Origin: Balanoglossus misakiensis
Lineage: Eukaryota; Animalia; Hemichordata
Assembly (NCBI GenBank): GCA_040954595.2
Contig: CM082584.2
Span: 8,385,146 to 8,449,145, forward strand
Reading direction: 5' to 3'
Length of the DNA stretch: 64,000 nucleotides
Of this stretch, positions 1-13,460 are shown piece after piece. The number at the start of each line of letters is the position of its first letter. Position 1 is the first letter of the stretch. A program made the translations under genes and the position numbers. The notes beneath the pieces are model-generated. The model worked only from the letters and a program-made list of their open reading frames with translations. It was not told where the DNA came from and searched no databases.

Positions 1-3000
1 TGGGCCAACATACTTCCAACACCAAGACACAATTGGGTATTGTCATTGTTTGGTCGTCATTATACGTGATATCATCGACCCACGGGTTCCTACTGTTGAC
101 CCGTTGGTCGGTGGATAATGAACGCCTTGAGACCATATTTTTAACATGAATGAATTAATGATAGAGTTCGACGCCGCTGTATTGGGTAAGTCCACCCGGA
201 ACTATCAGTCGACAGTGGTGTCGAACTTAGGCGCGCAGTAATAACACAACAGCAGAACAAGGTGAAGTTTTACTACGAAAAGGTAAGTTTTCCCCAGGCA
301 CATCCGCGTGTCTCTTTGTTTTGTAAGCCGAAGGCTGTGAGAACTAAGTAACAATAGCCGTCTCGCGTCTGTAACTATTGTTTTAAAACGTAGTACTCAT
401 CATTATGGATAGACGTTCTCTTTGGGTCATACCACCACCCCGACCACATGATAGAAATTCCCTTATATAGGGCCAGTTTTGACACATTTTGTGTCGACAA
501 TTCGTGAACACACCATATTGTGTAAATGCCTGAGAACGATCAGTCCCTCGATTTTTTCTTCTTCTGCGAGACGCTGTGAATGATTTTGGAAGTTTACTAA
601 CGTGTGTGACGGTGGGCGATGAACCTATTTCTTCATCGTAATTAACGTTTGGTGATGTAGACTGCTATTCTAATCCCATTGATGCAATGGCGACTCCATA
701 TATGCAGCAAAAACTGCGACCATCATCAACCAGACCCCAGTTCAACGTTGACAGGGCAGCAACAAAGGAGATTACATTCCGACACAGCCATAAACGCAGA
801 CAAGTCATCGATCGATCAAGTGGGGGCAGCGTTATATCGAAAAATGCCACCGCTGTCCGCAACACTCAAACTTCGCGTCCCGTCCCTCATATCGTTGTCA
901 TGGAGATGCGGATATAACCTATTCATCAATCCGCGATAGATGTCCCCGCCATAAATATATGTATTTTGATATCACGATGTACGCCAAAAATTCCTGATGT
1001 TATGAGACAGTCGAAAATACACGAAAATCGATAAAGGGGGTAGGTTGCGGACACTAAGCCTGCCAGACCAAAACCCCGCTGTATATCACAGGGAACAAAT
1101 ACTTCAGACCCGCTTTATCGACAGGGTAGCTGATAAAAAGGTCATTTGTCTCTGTCGTCAGACTGCCTCCTTTTGATACACTAGTCGTGGAATACATGTA
1201 TTGCTAGTTGCATTTTAAACCTACTGGTTTAGATACCCCAACACAAAACTATTTTCATCCACAAACTCGAGGTACCTGTGAGGTTTAAGCTAGTTTCCTT
1301 TCCATAGGAGACAGGCAGGTTTATAGTTGCTACAAGTAGTTGACACTCGACAGGTCATACACATTACTGGTAATTTTACTTCTTTATCGATGGATGATGA
1401 TAACATTGTTAAATATAGCGCGGTGATCACATCAACACACGCAAAAAAACGCTTGAATATAAAATATTACATCATTGGTATCTATATGGCTTGGATGCGT
1501 ATACGCGTGCGTCAAATATCATTGTGTGTGTCTCGAGCCGCTTTTCCCACAGAATGAAAATCGTGCAGGTGCGCGTAATCAACTGCGCATACTTCCAACC
1601 TGGCTGGTGGTCAAGGATACATCCGGGACATGTGAACGCCAAAGTTCCTCACCATGACAACTGTTGGATCTCACAGCGACAGTCTGTCAGTTCACTTCCG
1701 TTCTGGTGTATTTCCTTCCAGGTGTATTTATTTGTCAGTATTCCCTGCTAGTTCATCGTTTTGACTTATTTGACCATGGAAGACTGGTAAAATCACAGAG
1801 ACATATTTCTGAAAGATTCTTGTCATCAGCCTGGCAGGGGTGAAAAAACTCGCATATGTATAGCGTTGTTCATTTGCATGGAAAACATCAACACAGATAG
1901 TACGCAGAGACCCATTATCATTCGATCTCATTCGAAATCATTAGGGCACTGCTAACAAAAGACCATAGCTAGCAATAGAACCAGTAGTGACGTCAATCAC
2001 GACGCTTCAGGCATATTTTATTATAAGGGATTGCAGACCGTCTGTAATAAGCTGAACAATATAGGTAATAATAAACGACGGATCCACAAGTCCCGATCCA
2101 CAGGTGATTTTTGTTTTTGTCAATGAACAGGATTTGATGCGAAACCGAGACTCGCAACGATGCCCGGCGTTCACAAAAGAAGCGACAGTCTTCAAGTTCA
2201 TCGTCGGTTTGTATGTTTCTGTTCCACGGGTTAACAAAAAAAATGACGGTAAATAGGGAGATTTTCGAGATAGTGGCTGCTGTTTTTTTAATGGAAGAAG
2301 GAAGAACGCACGCGTACGCGCATATAGTCCATATAGTCTCAAGTACAACACAACTGTCAGGCTGCTGAGCATAGAGATCAGGTGACCACAATTACTTCAG
2401 GGTTCAGTTCCCATGCCCTGCTCTATGCCTAGCCCACTGCTGAAAAAATATTGTCTGAATAAATCCCCCTTTAGTGATAATTATAGCGCCGAAACTATGA
2501 AGTCACTGGGGTTTTTCTGTAGACCAGAGTAGCTCTTGGCAGTCTATTGCATATGATGTATGAGCGAACAACAATAAACATTAATCGCATCTATGGTTAC
2601 ATGACGAAATAGACTGATAACCACCATACCCATTGTTGTATCACCGCCCCTGGCCTAACCTTTGGAGGTTCTGGCAGTAACTTATAAACAACTCCCCGCC
2701 ACTCCACCTTCCAGGTTTATAGATGTAGGGATTAAAGGGCTTGCAACGTATAAACTTTGATGTAGTGTTGCTCGTACCATAATGGCCACTGTAAATACCA
2801 CAGTCGTCAAATATCCAGAAACAGCTTTTTGCTCGGTTTTCGTTTATCGTCTCGTGTTCTGGCCTGCATTGAAGGTGTCTATAATGCAGAACCTGCCTTC
2901 CCATTGTTGCTTTGGATATTAAAATCGATTATTTAAACTATTTTACACAGCCCCGTCGTTGTATGACGTTGTTTTTGTCTTGAATTGCTAATCGCTTTTG

Positions 3001-3332
3001 AAAGGGGCGTTTAGTTTGGTCAAAGTACTTGCGTGTGTTACTACCTCGGGCATGATGTCCCAGTAAGGGCGATTAGCGTTCCCTTCTAACAATCTGAAAT
3101 GGAGGGGTTAGGAATTATTTAGGAATTTAACGCGATGAAAATAAGTCGATGAACACCACGCTTTCTTTGTTTTCAAAAAGATTCGTCACACACTTAATAT
3201 TGTAAACGCTATCTTTGCTTTGCAGAAGACGCTGGGCATTAGTTTCAACCGAGCGGGGACGTGTGATGCCAGTCACCTATTAATTCCGCACGCAAAAAAA
3301 AACAAAACAAAAAAACAAAGACATTTTCAAGG

Positions 3333-5625
3333 ATGGGCGATAAAAACGGCAAGAGAGACCGGGTCCTCTTTCTGGTCCTGCAGCACAAGGAGAATCAGGG
3401 CAAGCTGTGCGTAGACTGCGTGCAGAACACCACGGTGACCGAGTACCTGAAGGAGCTCAGCTACTTCGGGTTCGACCCCCGGCCGGAGGGCAGGCTGCCC
3501 TACAGCAGGGAGTGCGAAATCTCGCCGGGGGAGAAGATCTTCTTCAACGTGGAGGGCGACCACCTGCGCCCCGAGAGGAGGGGGAGCGGGCCTTTCTTCA
3601 TCCAGAAAGACAATCAGAAAATCATCTTCGTCCACCCGGAGAATAATGTCGACAATAATTTAGGCGTCTACCGAGGAAAGGTGACGTTTTTCCGGTACAC
3701 GGGGACAGAGGGAGAACCCCAAGCCACCACCATAGCAGAGGGGCAATCATTTACGCCAATTGATGCAATCACATTTGAATTAAAGGTACGAGCCAATATT
3801 AATTTAGCCAGATGATAAAGTAAATATTACAAGTTATGGCAATGTTCTCTAATTCGTTACTTATTACTCGTACACATTCAGCAGTGTTGCTTCTTTTTTG
3901 CAGGTTGTTGGCAATAACCAGAGACCAAAATCTCGCAAGGACAGTTTACAAATCAATCTACCTCAGCCAATCGAAGGTACGTACCGGTCTGATACAGATG
4001 TACAATTACCGTCAAATGCCCACCTTCAAAATTCATATTTATCAGGTTCGGAGATAAAAAGGAAAATCGCCATGGGTGTTTAGTTCTTCTTTGTATTGAA
4101 ACGTCACATATAGGTGTTGGGTTCTTTTGGTTACTTTGTTTTCTGTCGTGATTTTGAGAGAAAAAGGTATACTAGTATGTTATTGTATCCCATGTCTCCA
4201 CGCTGTGTTTTAGGATCATCGGACGATTCTGTGCCAAGTGCAAAGTTCACACCAGTTGAAACCTGTAAGTATAATATCCACGTATCACCGCTATCCCAAT
4301 CCAGACGCACCAATTAGCAAGAAATCCACCGTCACAAGACTTTGAAAATACCATAGTCTAACTCTCTATAATTTATAGGGTAGCGCAAACAGCATCCATA
4401 ATTCAAATAGTTTCATTGATTTTTTTTTGTAAAAGTCTGTTCCACGACAACAGAAACACGAGGAAGTAAAGGCATTCTGTATGATATTAATAATATACGG
4501 TGTATCACTCTCCGTCAAAGCGGACTCATTGAATCTTTCTGCAACAACACGATGCTCTTCACATATTATATTACAAAGTTAACAAGTCCTTTTCTTTAAA
4601 AGTTTGCAATGTTTAAACATTTAAATGTTCCCTTTCAGCGCCAGAAGGCCCAAGGGACCGACTGAGAAGAGACCTCACCAAGCAGGATGTAAGTTTTAAT
4701 CGTGATCACTGTAAGATTTCCTATATTCGGTATCTCGATGGCAACAATTACTTGAACGCGTCATATTAATTTACATGATCGCCCCTTGACGGTTCGCCTT
4801 GCTATCAAAATTGGAATTTGTAGCCGACTTGTTTGAGCGAATGTGATCAACTACGGGCATATTTCATTGCCATGTTCACCATTCGTGTTTAGATATCAAG
4901 CACAATACAGCTGCCGTCAAACTTCAAACTGGAACTACCGAAGTCGTTCGACGACGACGTCCAAATCTCGGGCGTTCTGGTGACAAACCGCGACTACAGC
5001 GTGGCGTTGGACAGCTATGAAGTCTTGATCGGTGACGTCATACGACTGTCTCCCGACGAGTTCAGTCCCAGGGTTCCTCTGATACTGAGTCACGGATTTG
5101 ACGACCCGAGTCACGAGATTGTCATCAAGTGCAGCGCAGACGGTATCTCTGATTGGGTTGCCTTGGATACCTTAGAGGTAAACCATACTAAGTTATTGGC
5201 CCGCTTCGAGTACACGTTAATGTATTCAATGGTTTTCAGTGCTCCAAAGTAAACGACATTATAAAAGAGGCATAGAAAATATGTTTTCCGCGAAAATTTA
5301 TGTAAATTTTTTGTTTAAAAAAACTACTGAGTGTGACTTCAACGTTTTGTCTGTTCCATCGTATAGGTCAACCACAGACACAAGGCTTTCATCAACAAGT
5401 TCCAGTTCTTCTCGGCCGTGGCAAGGCCAGTTGTCGACTACTTCTCAGTGAACAAAACAGCCAAGATCTGCTGCAGCTCCTTCGACTCCAACATCACAAT
5501 CAACATTCCGGAAAGGAGTACTAATGACGTCAGATTTCTCACTATGCAGGTGAGCAGACTTGACATACAAGTCACACTTCCATGTCCAAAAAGCTTAATA
5601 TAAATGATGATGATGGTGATGATGG

Positions 5626-5695
<70 letters not shown>

Positions 5696-8230
5696 ACATG
5701 TATCTCTACGCACTCTGCATCTAGGTACTCAGCATGGACAACAGTATGGTGGACAGAATCGCCAACAAATACGGCGTTTCCATGTCGACGAGTCCAATCA
5801 TCAGCGTGACGGACAATTCAAAGCACAACTTCTCGAAGCCAGTAACACTGACCATGCCCCTGGCTCCCCGTGCGAACATGGTCCACAGTGTTGACGAGCG
5901 TCCCCTAGTGATCCTGACAGACAATGACGATGATGAGTGGCGAGACATTACCGATGCTTGCAGTTATACAATTCATGGGGATTATGTATCGCTGCAAGTT
6001 GAGCATTTCTCAAGGTAAGCGTAAAATTAAACAAGGTGACCAGTAGGCTAAAAAGTCTTTCGTTTATTTTATCACGGAGGGACTGTGATTTTATCTATTT
6101 ATTATGATGTTTTAATTATGGGAAATCTAACTTTAGATCATTCAACACCGCACTTAGTCTCGGTTACCCAGAGCCCCCTGCTTCTTCCGTTGCCCAACGG
6201 AAGAAGCAGAGGGCTCTGGGTAACCGAAACTACACCGCACTCCTTTTCCCTTTCCTATATAAATAATTTGCAGGTACACAAATGTCAGGAGTAAGCCCAA
6301 AGTGTCGGCCAAGCGAGCCCTGAACAAAATAAGCAACCAAATGAGAAACGGCATGAAACTGGCCAACCTGTTGCTCCTGCAGAACAAAAAAGATCCGTGC
6401 AGTCTGTGCGTGGAGTGCGTCTGGTCCAAAATCCAAGAGAAGCGTCTGCAGGAACTGCAAAACCACGGCTTCGAGGCGCCGAAGGGCAAACTGCCCTACG
6501 GACCGGACATAGAAATCAGAGAGGGTGACGAGATATTCTTCACCGTAAAGGGGAACAACATCGAATCCGAAGACGGCAACGGGCGCCACTTTCTGATGCA
6601 GTTCCACTCGGAGAGCAAGAACCACCGCATGGTGCAGGTGAAGATAAAGGACGCCACCAAGTGTCATGAGGAGGAATTCGCCGGTTATGTCTATTTCTAC
6701 ACGTGTCACAAACCGGCAAAGTCGAGAACGTCGGAGAAGGTGCCGGGGAGGCAGTTCGAAGAAATGCGATTTACAGTTGCAAGGGTTAGTATCTCACTCC
6801 ATATTTACTTCCCACGCGACATCATCTGTCGTATCAAGAAAGCTTATCGTTGTGTGCTGCTTCGTGAACTAGTTAATAACGCCTTCCATCGTCTGCTTTG
6901 TTTTCTACAGCCTAGAAAGTTGTCGACGTCTGGAGCACCGAAATCCCGTCAGCGGCACAGGAAATGTTCACTGAGAGAGAACGAAGAAGGTATGACAGTT
7001 CACAAAATACATCCCATATCTGAATGGTCAATTGTTTTGGGGATTCTTTGCTATGGCAATTGAACTTGTTTTCAATCGCATTTCTCAAGCTATACATTTT
7101 CACTGTGTACCTATACAGCAACAAAGAGAGCCTTCATGTACCTGGCGGACAACCTACGGCGAGAGGAGTGGAGACAAGTGGGCTACACCCTCGGGCTCGG
7201 CGCGCCCCACTTCAGCACGATCGAGTACAACTACCCCAATGACTTCTGGGAGCAGAAATACCAGATGCTGTTACTCTGGCAACAGGTGGAGGGCAAGCGC
7301 GCGACGGTTGAGAGGGTGGTGGACGCACTGAGGGAACGCTGCCTGAAGAAGATTGCCGAAGGAGTCAAGAAAATAGCAAGTGGTAAAAAATGAGTTTCAG
7401 TTGACGACATTTCTTCATATATAGCGGTCACCGCACTATGCAACAGAATTTTTTTTAAAGTCGGCTATTCTCATTCAGCTGCCCTTGTGGTGTGTCGCCC
7501 TCTATCCGAAAACGACGAAACACTTTCTTCAGTGATTGTGCAGCACAAGTTCCCTGTTTCGATCACAAATCGCAACGCAATTTGATGTAGGTAGCACACA
7601 GCAGGCTTGGTGAATGTGGTCAATTAAACCACTGACCAAAATTCGTCGCACGACATGAAGTGTGCAGTGATGGTCATGCACTGAACTGTCGACTAAAATA
7701 ACCCTTGTCGTACATGTAATTAAATAAAGATGGTGGTGGTGGTGTTACCAGGGATAGCTAAGAAATTGTTGCTCACAGAACACACAAAAAAACAACGGTA
7801 CACTTGGTTACAAATATTGACAAAACACACTGTGGTGGCGTTGTGCAACGTTTGCGCACTACACTGGGTGAGGTGTGGCGTGTCTTTGTTACTTTCGATC
7901 TCTATCGTTCCCCCGTCAACAGGTGCTGATGATGTGGCTTCTCTTACCTACACAGACGTGACCTTGACCTTCTCGGATTCCGACTCGCTGTCCTCCAGCT
8001 CCATGTCGGACGACTTCCGGGGCAGCGACCGAAACGGTCCCCTGTCGCCCACCTCGCCGCGCCCGTGGACCACGGGCGGCGGCTTCTGCCCGACCGAGTA
8101 CCGGAAGCAGACGCGCGTGGCGACGCCCGTCCGGGAGAACGAACACGTGCCGACGATTCAGGGAACAGCCAAGCCTCTCACCCCCTGGGAGAAGAGCAGA
8201 CACCGCGGGAAATCACCAGCGAGCACCTAG
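3333..8230 (+). CDS. ZU5/UPA/death-domain protein (PIDD1/DTHD1-like), 11 coding exons, ~848 aa
   Basis: Phase-consistent GT-AG exons 3333-3785, 3904-3976, 4214-4264, 4639-4688, 4893-5177, 5367-5549, 5725-6014, 6274-6784, 6911-6989, 7119-7382, 7923-8230 (2547 nt). ZU5-like segments (SPIISVT..FSKPVTLTMP..WRDIT..QVEHFS), two mutually similar UPA-like segments, and a death domain (LADNLRREEWRQVGYTLGL..QKYQMLLLWQQ..ATVERVVDAL). Confidence 0.8.
5604..5695. repeat. (GAT)n microsatellite, intronic
   Basis: About 30 GAT units with two GGT variants, lying between exons 5367-5549 and 5725-6014; explains the poly-M/D/I ORFs in the track. Confidence 0.97.
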
Positions 8231-8596
8231 CCAAAATCTTGGCAGTTTTCAATCCAATCGCAGTCAGAGAACGTCCATGGTGAATGGAGAAAAAACACTG
8301 GGCAATTTACAAGTGTATATGTATAATGTGCAGTAGTAAGAACGTTTTACATAAGTTGAAATCGACTGTTATTTTCATTTGGCATTTTATGACTAGAATT
8401 ATCAACAACTTCTGGGTGCCCCCGCCCGAAACGCCTGCCGAATCAAAACGCCTTGTTTATGCTTTATATTTGAATTTTCGTATTTGCTTTGGAAATCATA
8501 ATCCTTAAAATGAAAGGGGTGAAAATAAAAAAAAACATCAACTTTGCTTGTGAATAAAGAAATTCAATAACGAAAAACTGGAAATGATACTTGATA

Positions 8597-11335
8597 CTAT
8601 CTTCTCGCTTTAACTCTGGTTTTCTGTCGTCTGCTTTTACCAACTCTCTTTTTGCTGCCACCCTGTAATGAATAAAAACACAGGATTATAAAACACTGGG
8701 ATAAAGACCAAAGTTCATATGTACAGAGCATTGCAGAAACAATGTTTAAGGTTCAATTATCTTCAACTAAGCATACCTTGCCATTTGGATAGAACCCACT
8801 TGCCTTGCCAAGCAACGCTACAGAGGGCGCTTGACTGCATGGCAGAGTATGAGTTCAGTTGTTTTGCTCAGGGGAGACTGGTAGTCTAAAAGCAGATTCT
8901 GTTTTGCTATGGGGAAGTTGTCACCCCAGAAGAGATCTCACACTCAGCTGCCCTCCACGATCTAAAACAGTGCTTTCTGAAAATCATTTGCAGACATACC
9001 TCATCACAACACACACACAGAGGTGAAGTAAAGACACACCTTAGGTTTTGCACTGCGTTTTGAGGATTTGAAGTTCGACATGCTGGCCGCACTCTCAGCC
9101 GTGTTGTACTTGGACCTCTTCTTCTGCCCACCCATCCCAAACTTCTTATCCTTGAACAATCTTTTCTGACCTGGCCTGAAAATAGAAAAAAAATATAATA
9201 CCAGAGTTCTCCCAACACTGGTCGGGCCAGACTAGCACTCACGTTGAGCTATACATGTAGTATTTTAAGACATGGAACATTGATATGCTTACTTAGGTTT
9301 ACCCTGTGTTGGCATTGTCGGTTTTTCCTTTTTAGCTCCTTTTCCTTTGAACTCGCTCGGTGGCATGATGTTTGTATTGTCTGCAAAGTCTAACTTTTTA
9401 TTCTGACCTGTAAAAGAAAATAATTATAGCCATCAGACATTCTGGGCCAAACAGACATCTGAATGAATCATTAATGGAATTGTGTTCCTATGATTTATAT
9501 GTCATAATTTCACCATTATCAATGTAGCTTACCCTTTCTAAACTTTTTCACCGATTCTAAAAGCTCCCTTTTCTCTTTTTGTCTTTTCTGAAGTACTTCA
9601 CGTTGAACCTGAAAAGTGGAGAAGGTATTGACAAAATGTTGGTGAAACTTGACTATTTGGAAAAACAATATTCAGATGCAGATTCTATTGGCATAAACAG
9701 ACTCAGAGGAGCAAGGATTGAAAAACAATGGCACTGAGAAAGTCTTGCACAACTTGCCTCAAATACACCAGTGTTTCTCTCAAAAACCCACCAACATATG
9801 CAGACACAAAATTCGTCAGTAAAATAACCCAGAGGAATTGTACCAAGAGCCAAGGAGATTACTGGGTGACATTCTAGCCGAATATCAAACAGCTGTAACA
9901 AGGGGAAACTCCTCCAATAGTGATACCCAACTTTCTCAGGTACTGGATTGACTTTGGATAATATCAAAGATACAGTCAATAACCCCCACACACCAGACAA
10001 CGATAACGACATACCTGCTTCCCGTACTTTTTCAGCTCTCTCAGTTTCTTCGCCTTTTCTGACCTTTCCATGGACATCTGTTTGCTGAGAAGTTTCTGTC
10101 TGACCTGTGAAGGTAACGGAACACTGTAACATAATTTGTGCAGATAGACTTTGGCGTTTCATCGTCGAATTCATGCACATCCAATAATACACCATTTTTT
10201 TAGAATTCCACGAGACAATGCACTTGCCTTTCTCATATGGTCGTCTGATTTCGCCATTTCTGCAAAATAGTCCTCTGGTCTTTTTGTCGGTACTTTCAGT
10301 TTCCGAAGCTTTGGTAAAGCCTCAAGTACAGCTGCCTGGGCTTGGTGATAACTGTTGGGGGAAATCATTGGGCAACATTTCAGTTCAGCTATACTATGTA
10401 GTGACTTCAACAGACTATTGTAATTTTGCTCTAAACTAACTGAAATTCTGCCAATGAAATGTCAACTGTAAGTTCAGTCATGGACAATTCTTTTTGTTTT
10501 ATGCATCAGACAATGAAATATCACACACAACTTCACAAGTGATTTAGTCTGTACACTAATAAACTGTTAATTGTTGCAGCTACCATTTCACACGTCTTGT
10601 ACAAGTTGTAGATACAAATATATTTTCAAAACATACTTTTTTACAAATTATCGTATGGGTACTCACAATTTAAGTTCTCTTTTAAAATCATCATTCATGA
10701 TGTCACCATTTTCATCCTGTTCATTTTCAGCATCTTTGCTCTGAACGGTCACTTCCATTCTTTCAATCCAATCCAGATTGTTCTTAAAAGTTTGCAGTTT
10801 GTCTTTCAACCCGTCCTAGACAGAAGAAAGATAAAGAAGTGTATTTTTTTACATACACGTATAGCCAGTTAACCGTCACGACTGACTTCGGAATCATGTG
10901 GATGTGATGATGTCATCCTGGATGGAACACTGAAAGCGTAAGCCATGTGATGAAATTGAAATCTGACAGTACTTAGTATAATTCCATTGCCCGTGTCAGC
11001 CCCTATACGTTTCCCTTTACGTAAACAAAAAACAACAATATAATGTGCTATTAAATTTGAAAACTGCTACGTCCATCATTGCTACAGTACGGTCTACTTA
11101 CCTTATTACTCACGTGTTGTTTTGGAACACGTGTTGGAACATACAGACCGGGTTTGAGCTCTCCTCGATTGAATGCACGTCGAAGCTGCGGAGAGACGGT
11201 CGATAATTAGTGAAAGTGACCAATGTGCGTTTATCAAATGACGCGAGAAATTCGTGAGGTGAGGGAACTACTAACCTGAGTGTCGGAATCGACACTTTCG
11301 CCACTCGAAACAGAATCGCTGTCGGAGTCCGCCAT
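8597..11335 (-). CDS. EBNA1BP2: rRNA-processing protein EBP2 (multi-exon)
   Basis: Exon YHQAQAAVLEALPKLRKLKVPTKRPEDYFAEMAKSDDHMRK is the Ebp2 signature. Start MADSDSDS at 11335 in AAAATGGCG context, exon 2 LRRAFNRGELKPGL, basic C-terminus KKRVGKSRRQKTRVKARR* with TAG at 8597-8599. Confidence 0.93.
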
Positions 11336-11888
11336 TTTTAAAGTAGTTTGTTTGTTTGTGATATCCTACCTCCATGTCGTCAACATAGAAAAAGTACTTA
11401 GCATCAGATCGTCTAATTAAAACCGTATCTAATAAAACGTAAAATTTAACTTTTTAGCGCTATCAAATATACAGCCAAGATAAAAACTTAGTAATGCAAA
11501 AATCTAATTTTATTATTATGTGGTTTTTATTTTAATCAAGTTATGGTTTTGCGACTTGTCAAGTTGTCGTAAAGGGGTATGTATGTTGTACATACCCGGA
11601 AGTGTGCACTGAGGACGTTACCTGCAACCCGAACGCACCAAATATTTATGTTCAGACACCTTGCTACACCTGCAGATGCTCTGAAGTCGACTCAATATTA
11701 TATGACGTTTGCGACAGAACCAAAATCTGGGTAGAAGGACGGTTGTCGAAGTGCTAGAACACGTACAATGAGTGACTGACTGTATGTAAACAAAGTATAA
11801 GTAGGCGGTGCCACTGTGTTTACAGTGAGTTGGATAAAACTCGGTCGTCTTCTTGGACGTATTGAAGTATTGCTTTTCAAATGGAAGT
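11336..11888. promoter_or_regulatory. Putative bidirectional promoter, EBNA1BP2/PLEKHJ1
   Basis: Divergent ATGs about 550 bp apart; ETS-type CCGGAAGT at ~11597. Confidence 0.5.
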
Positions 11889-13460
11889 ATGCGGTTTAAC
11901 GAGAAAGAGTTGGCGATACTTGCATATGGTCCAGCCGATTATGAAAGTCGTCTTTTGCACAAACCACCAGGCGGCAATTTAAAGTTGAGAGATGGTAAGT
12001 TTAATAGAAGATTGACGTTTTCAAACCCGTCAATGAAGAAAAGTATGGTGTGAAACCATGAAAGTCAATGACACTGCAGGAAAACTATGAAGATTATCAG
12101 TTACCAAATCACAATTAGATTGTTATTGGTATTCTGTTTTTGGGAAGGGGTATTGATAGGACAGGGTTTTTTGTGGTTTGAATGGGTGTGGACTGGAGCC
12201 TTGCCCATGGCCATGTTAATAACTCTTCTGTACCTTCTTACTGATTAGTTTACAGAGAACGCTGGTGTAAGCTGAAGGGCAACTTTCTGTTTTACTTCAG
12301 AGTGAACGATGGTGGGGAGTGTCAAGAAGTAGGTCACATTTTGCACCAAATGTATTACAATAGAAAGTTTCATCCACTCATATGGCAAAATTTGTACCTC
12401 TGTCTGGCAACTGTGGGCAATAACTAGTGCAGTTCCTCGGACCTCTCATCCAGCAGCAACACTAACAATTTTTACATGAAATACTTGTACTTCTGTTACA
12501 GCCCATTGGTGCCTTACTGATTGAACGATGTCAAATCCAGCACGAACCAAGAGCTGACAAGGCCTTTGCCTTTTCAATTGGTAGGTCTTTGAAATGTTTT
12601 ATTCGAGAATACTCTTGGGGGAAAATGGGCACATTTGGCCAATAAGTATACACAAGAGAGTGGGAAAGATGTGCCACCATACACTTAGAAATATCGACAT
12701 TACCCGGTAATTATTTTTACTCTGGCAAAACTCTCTGATTCCATACACAGCCTACCAGGACGACGGTGATAGAAAGCATTATTTTGTGAGTGCATCGGAC
12801 AAACAGTCGGAACAGTGGGTGCTAGCTTTAAGATGTGCCAGGTACTGTGTTATATACAAGATCAAGTTATGTCAAAATTCTGAAAATCCCAACTCATCCT
12901 TGGTGCACTTAGAAATATTTCTTCAAAGCATTAGACCCAGTTGTCTCCCCATACAATTCAGAGGGTAGTCTTGAAAACGGAAAGGCCCCTGAAATATAAT
13001 CCCACAGCCTGAATAAAGCTTGGTTAGGCTTTTCAATAGTTTTACTACTGAAATTCACACATGTACTTCCTAATGTAATATTTTTTTTCTTGCCAATATT
13101 TTGATACAGCTATGAAAAACTGAAATCAAACCTGGCATTATTACAGGACAAATTGAAAAAACTTACTGGCAAGGTGAGTTGACTTTTGTGAAAACTCAAG
13201 TGATAATGTAGTCAAATGTAATTCTCTCAATTTTCCACATTCAGGGGGTGAACAAGGGTCAACTATTGTCACAAACGTAGCATCTCCTTTGATTTCAAAG
13301 GTTGGCCTTCAGCAGTATCTGCTTTGAATCTTGTATTATCATTTATCCTCACAGAGATCTCCCCTCTTTTTTTTTCCTCCAGGATCCGTTACATTCCAGG
13401 GCAGTGCAAAATCTACGACAGAAGCAACTTTCCAAAGCTTTCACAGGATATACCTCATAA
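11889..13460 (+). CDS. PLEKHJ1: Pleckstrin homology domain-containing family J member 1
   Basis: Exons ~11889-11994, 12249-12328, 12502-12580, 12751-12841, 13110-13173, 13383-13460 give MRFNEKEL..ERWCKLKGNFLFYF..PIGALLIERC..QWVLALRCASYEKLK..KLTGKDPL, which matches PLEKHJ1 motifs (MRYNEKEL, NFLFYF, PVGALLLERC, TGKDPL). Confidence 0.9.

Noticed and set aside
1-3200. Short ORFs (687-917, 1491-1751, 2007-2372, 2641-2904) and scattered splice-like signals
   Set aside because: I could not build a phase-consistent gene model or recognise a protein motif; may be UTR exons or the tail of an upstream gene.
5438-5894. Poly-Met, poly-Asp and poly-Ile ORFs
   Set aside because: Translations of the intronic (GAT)n microsatellite.
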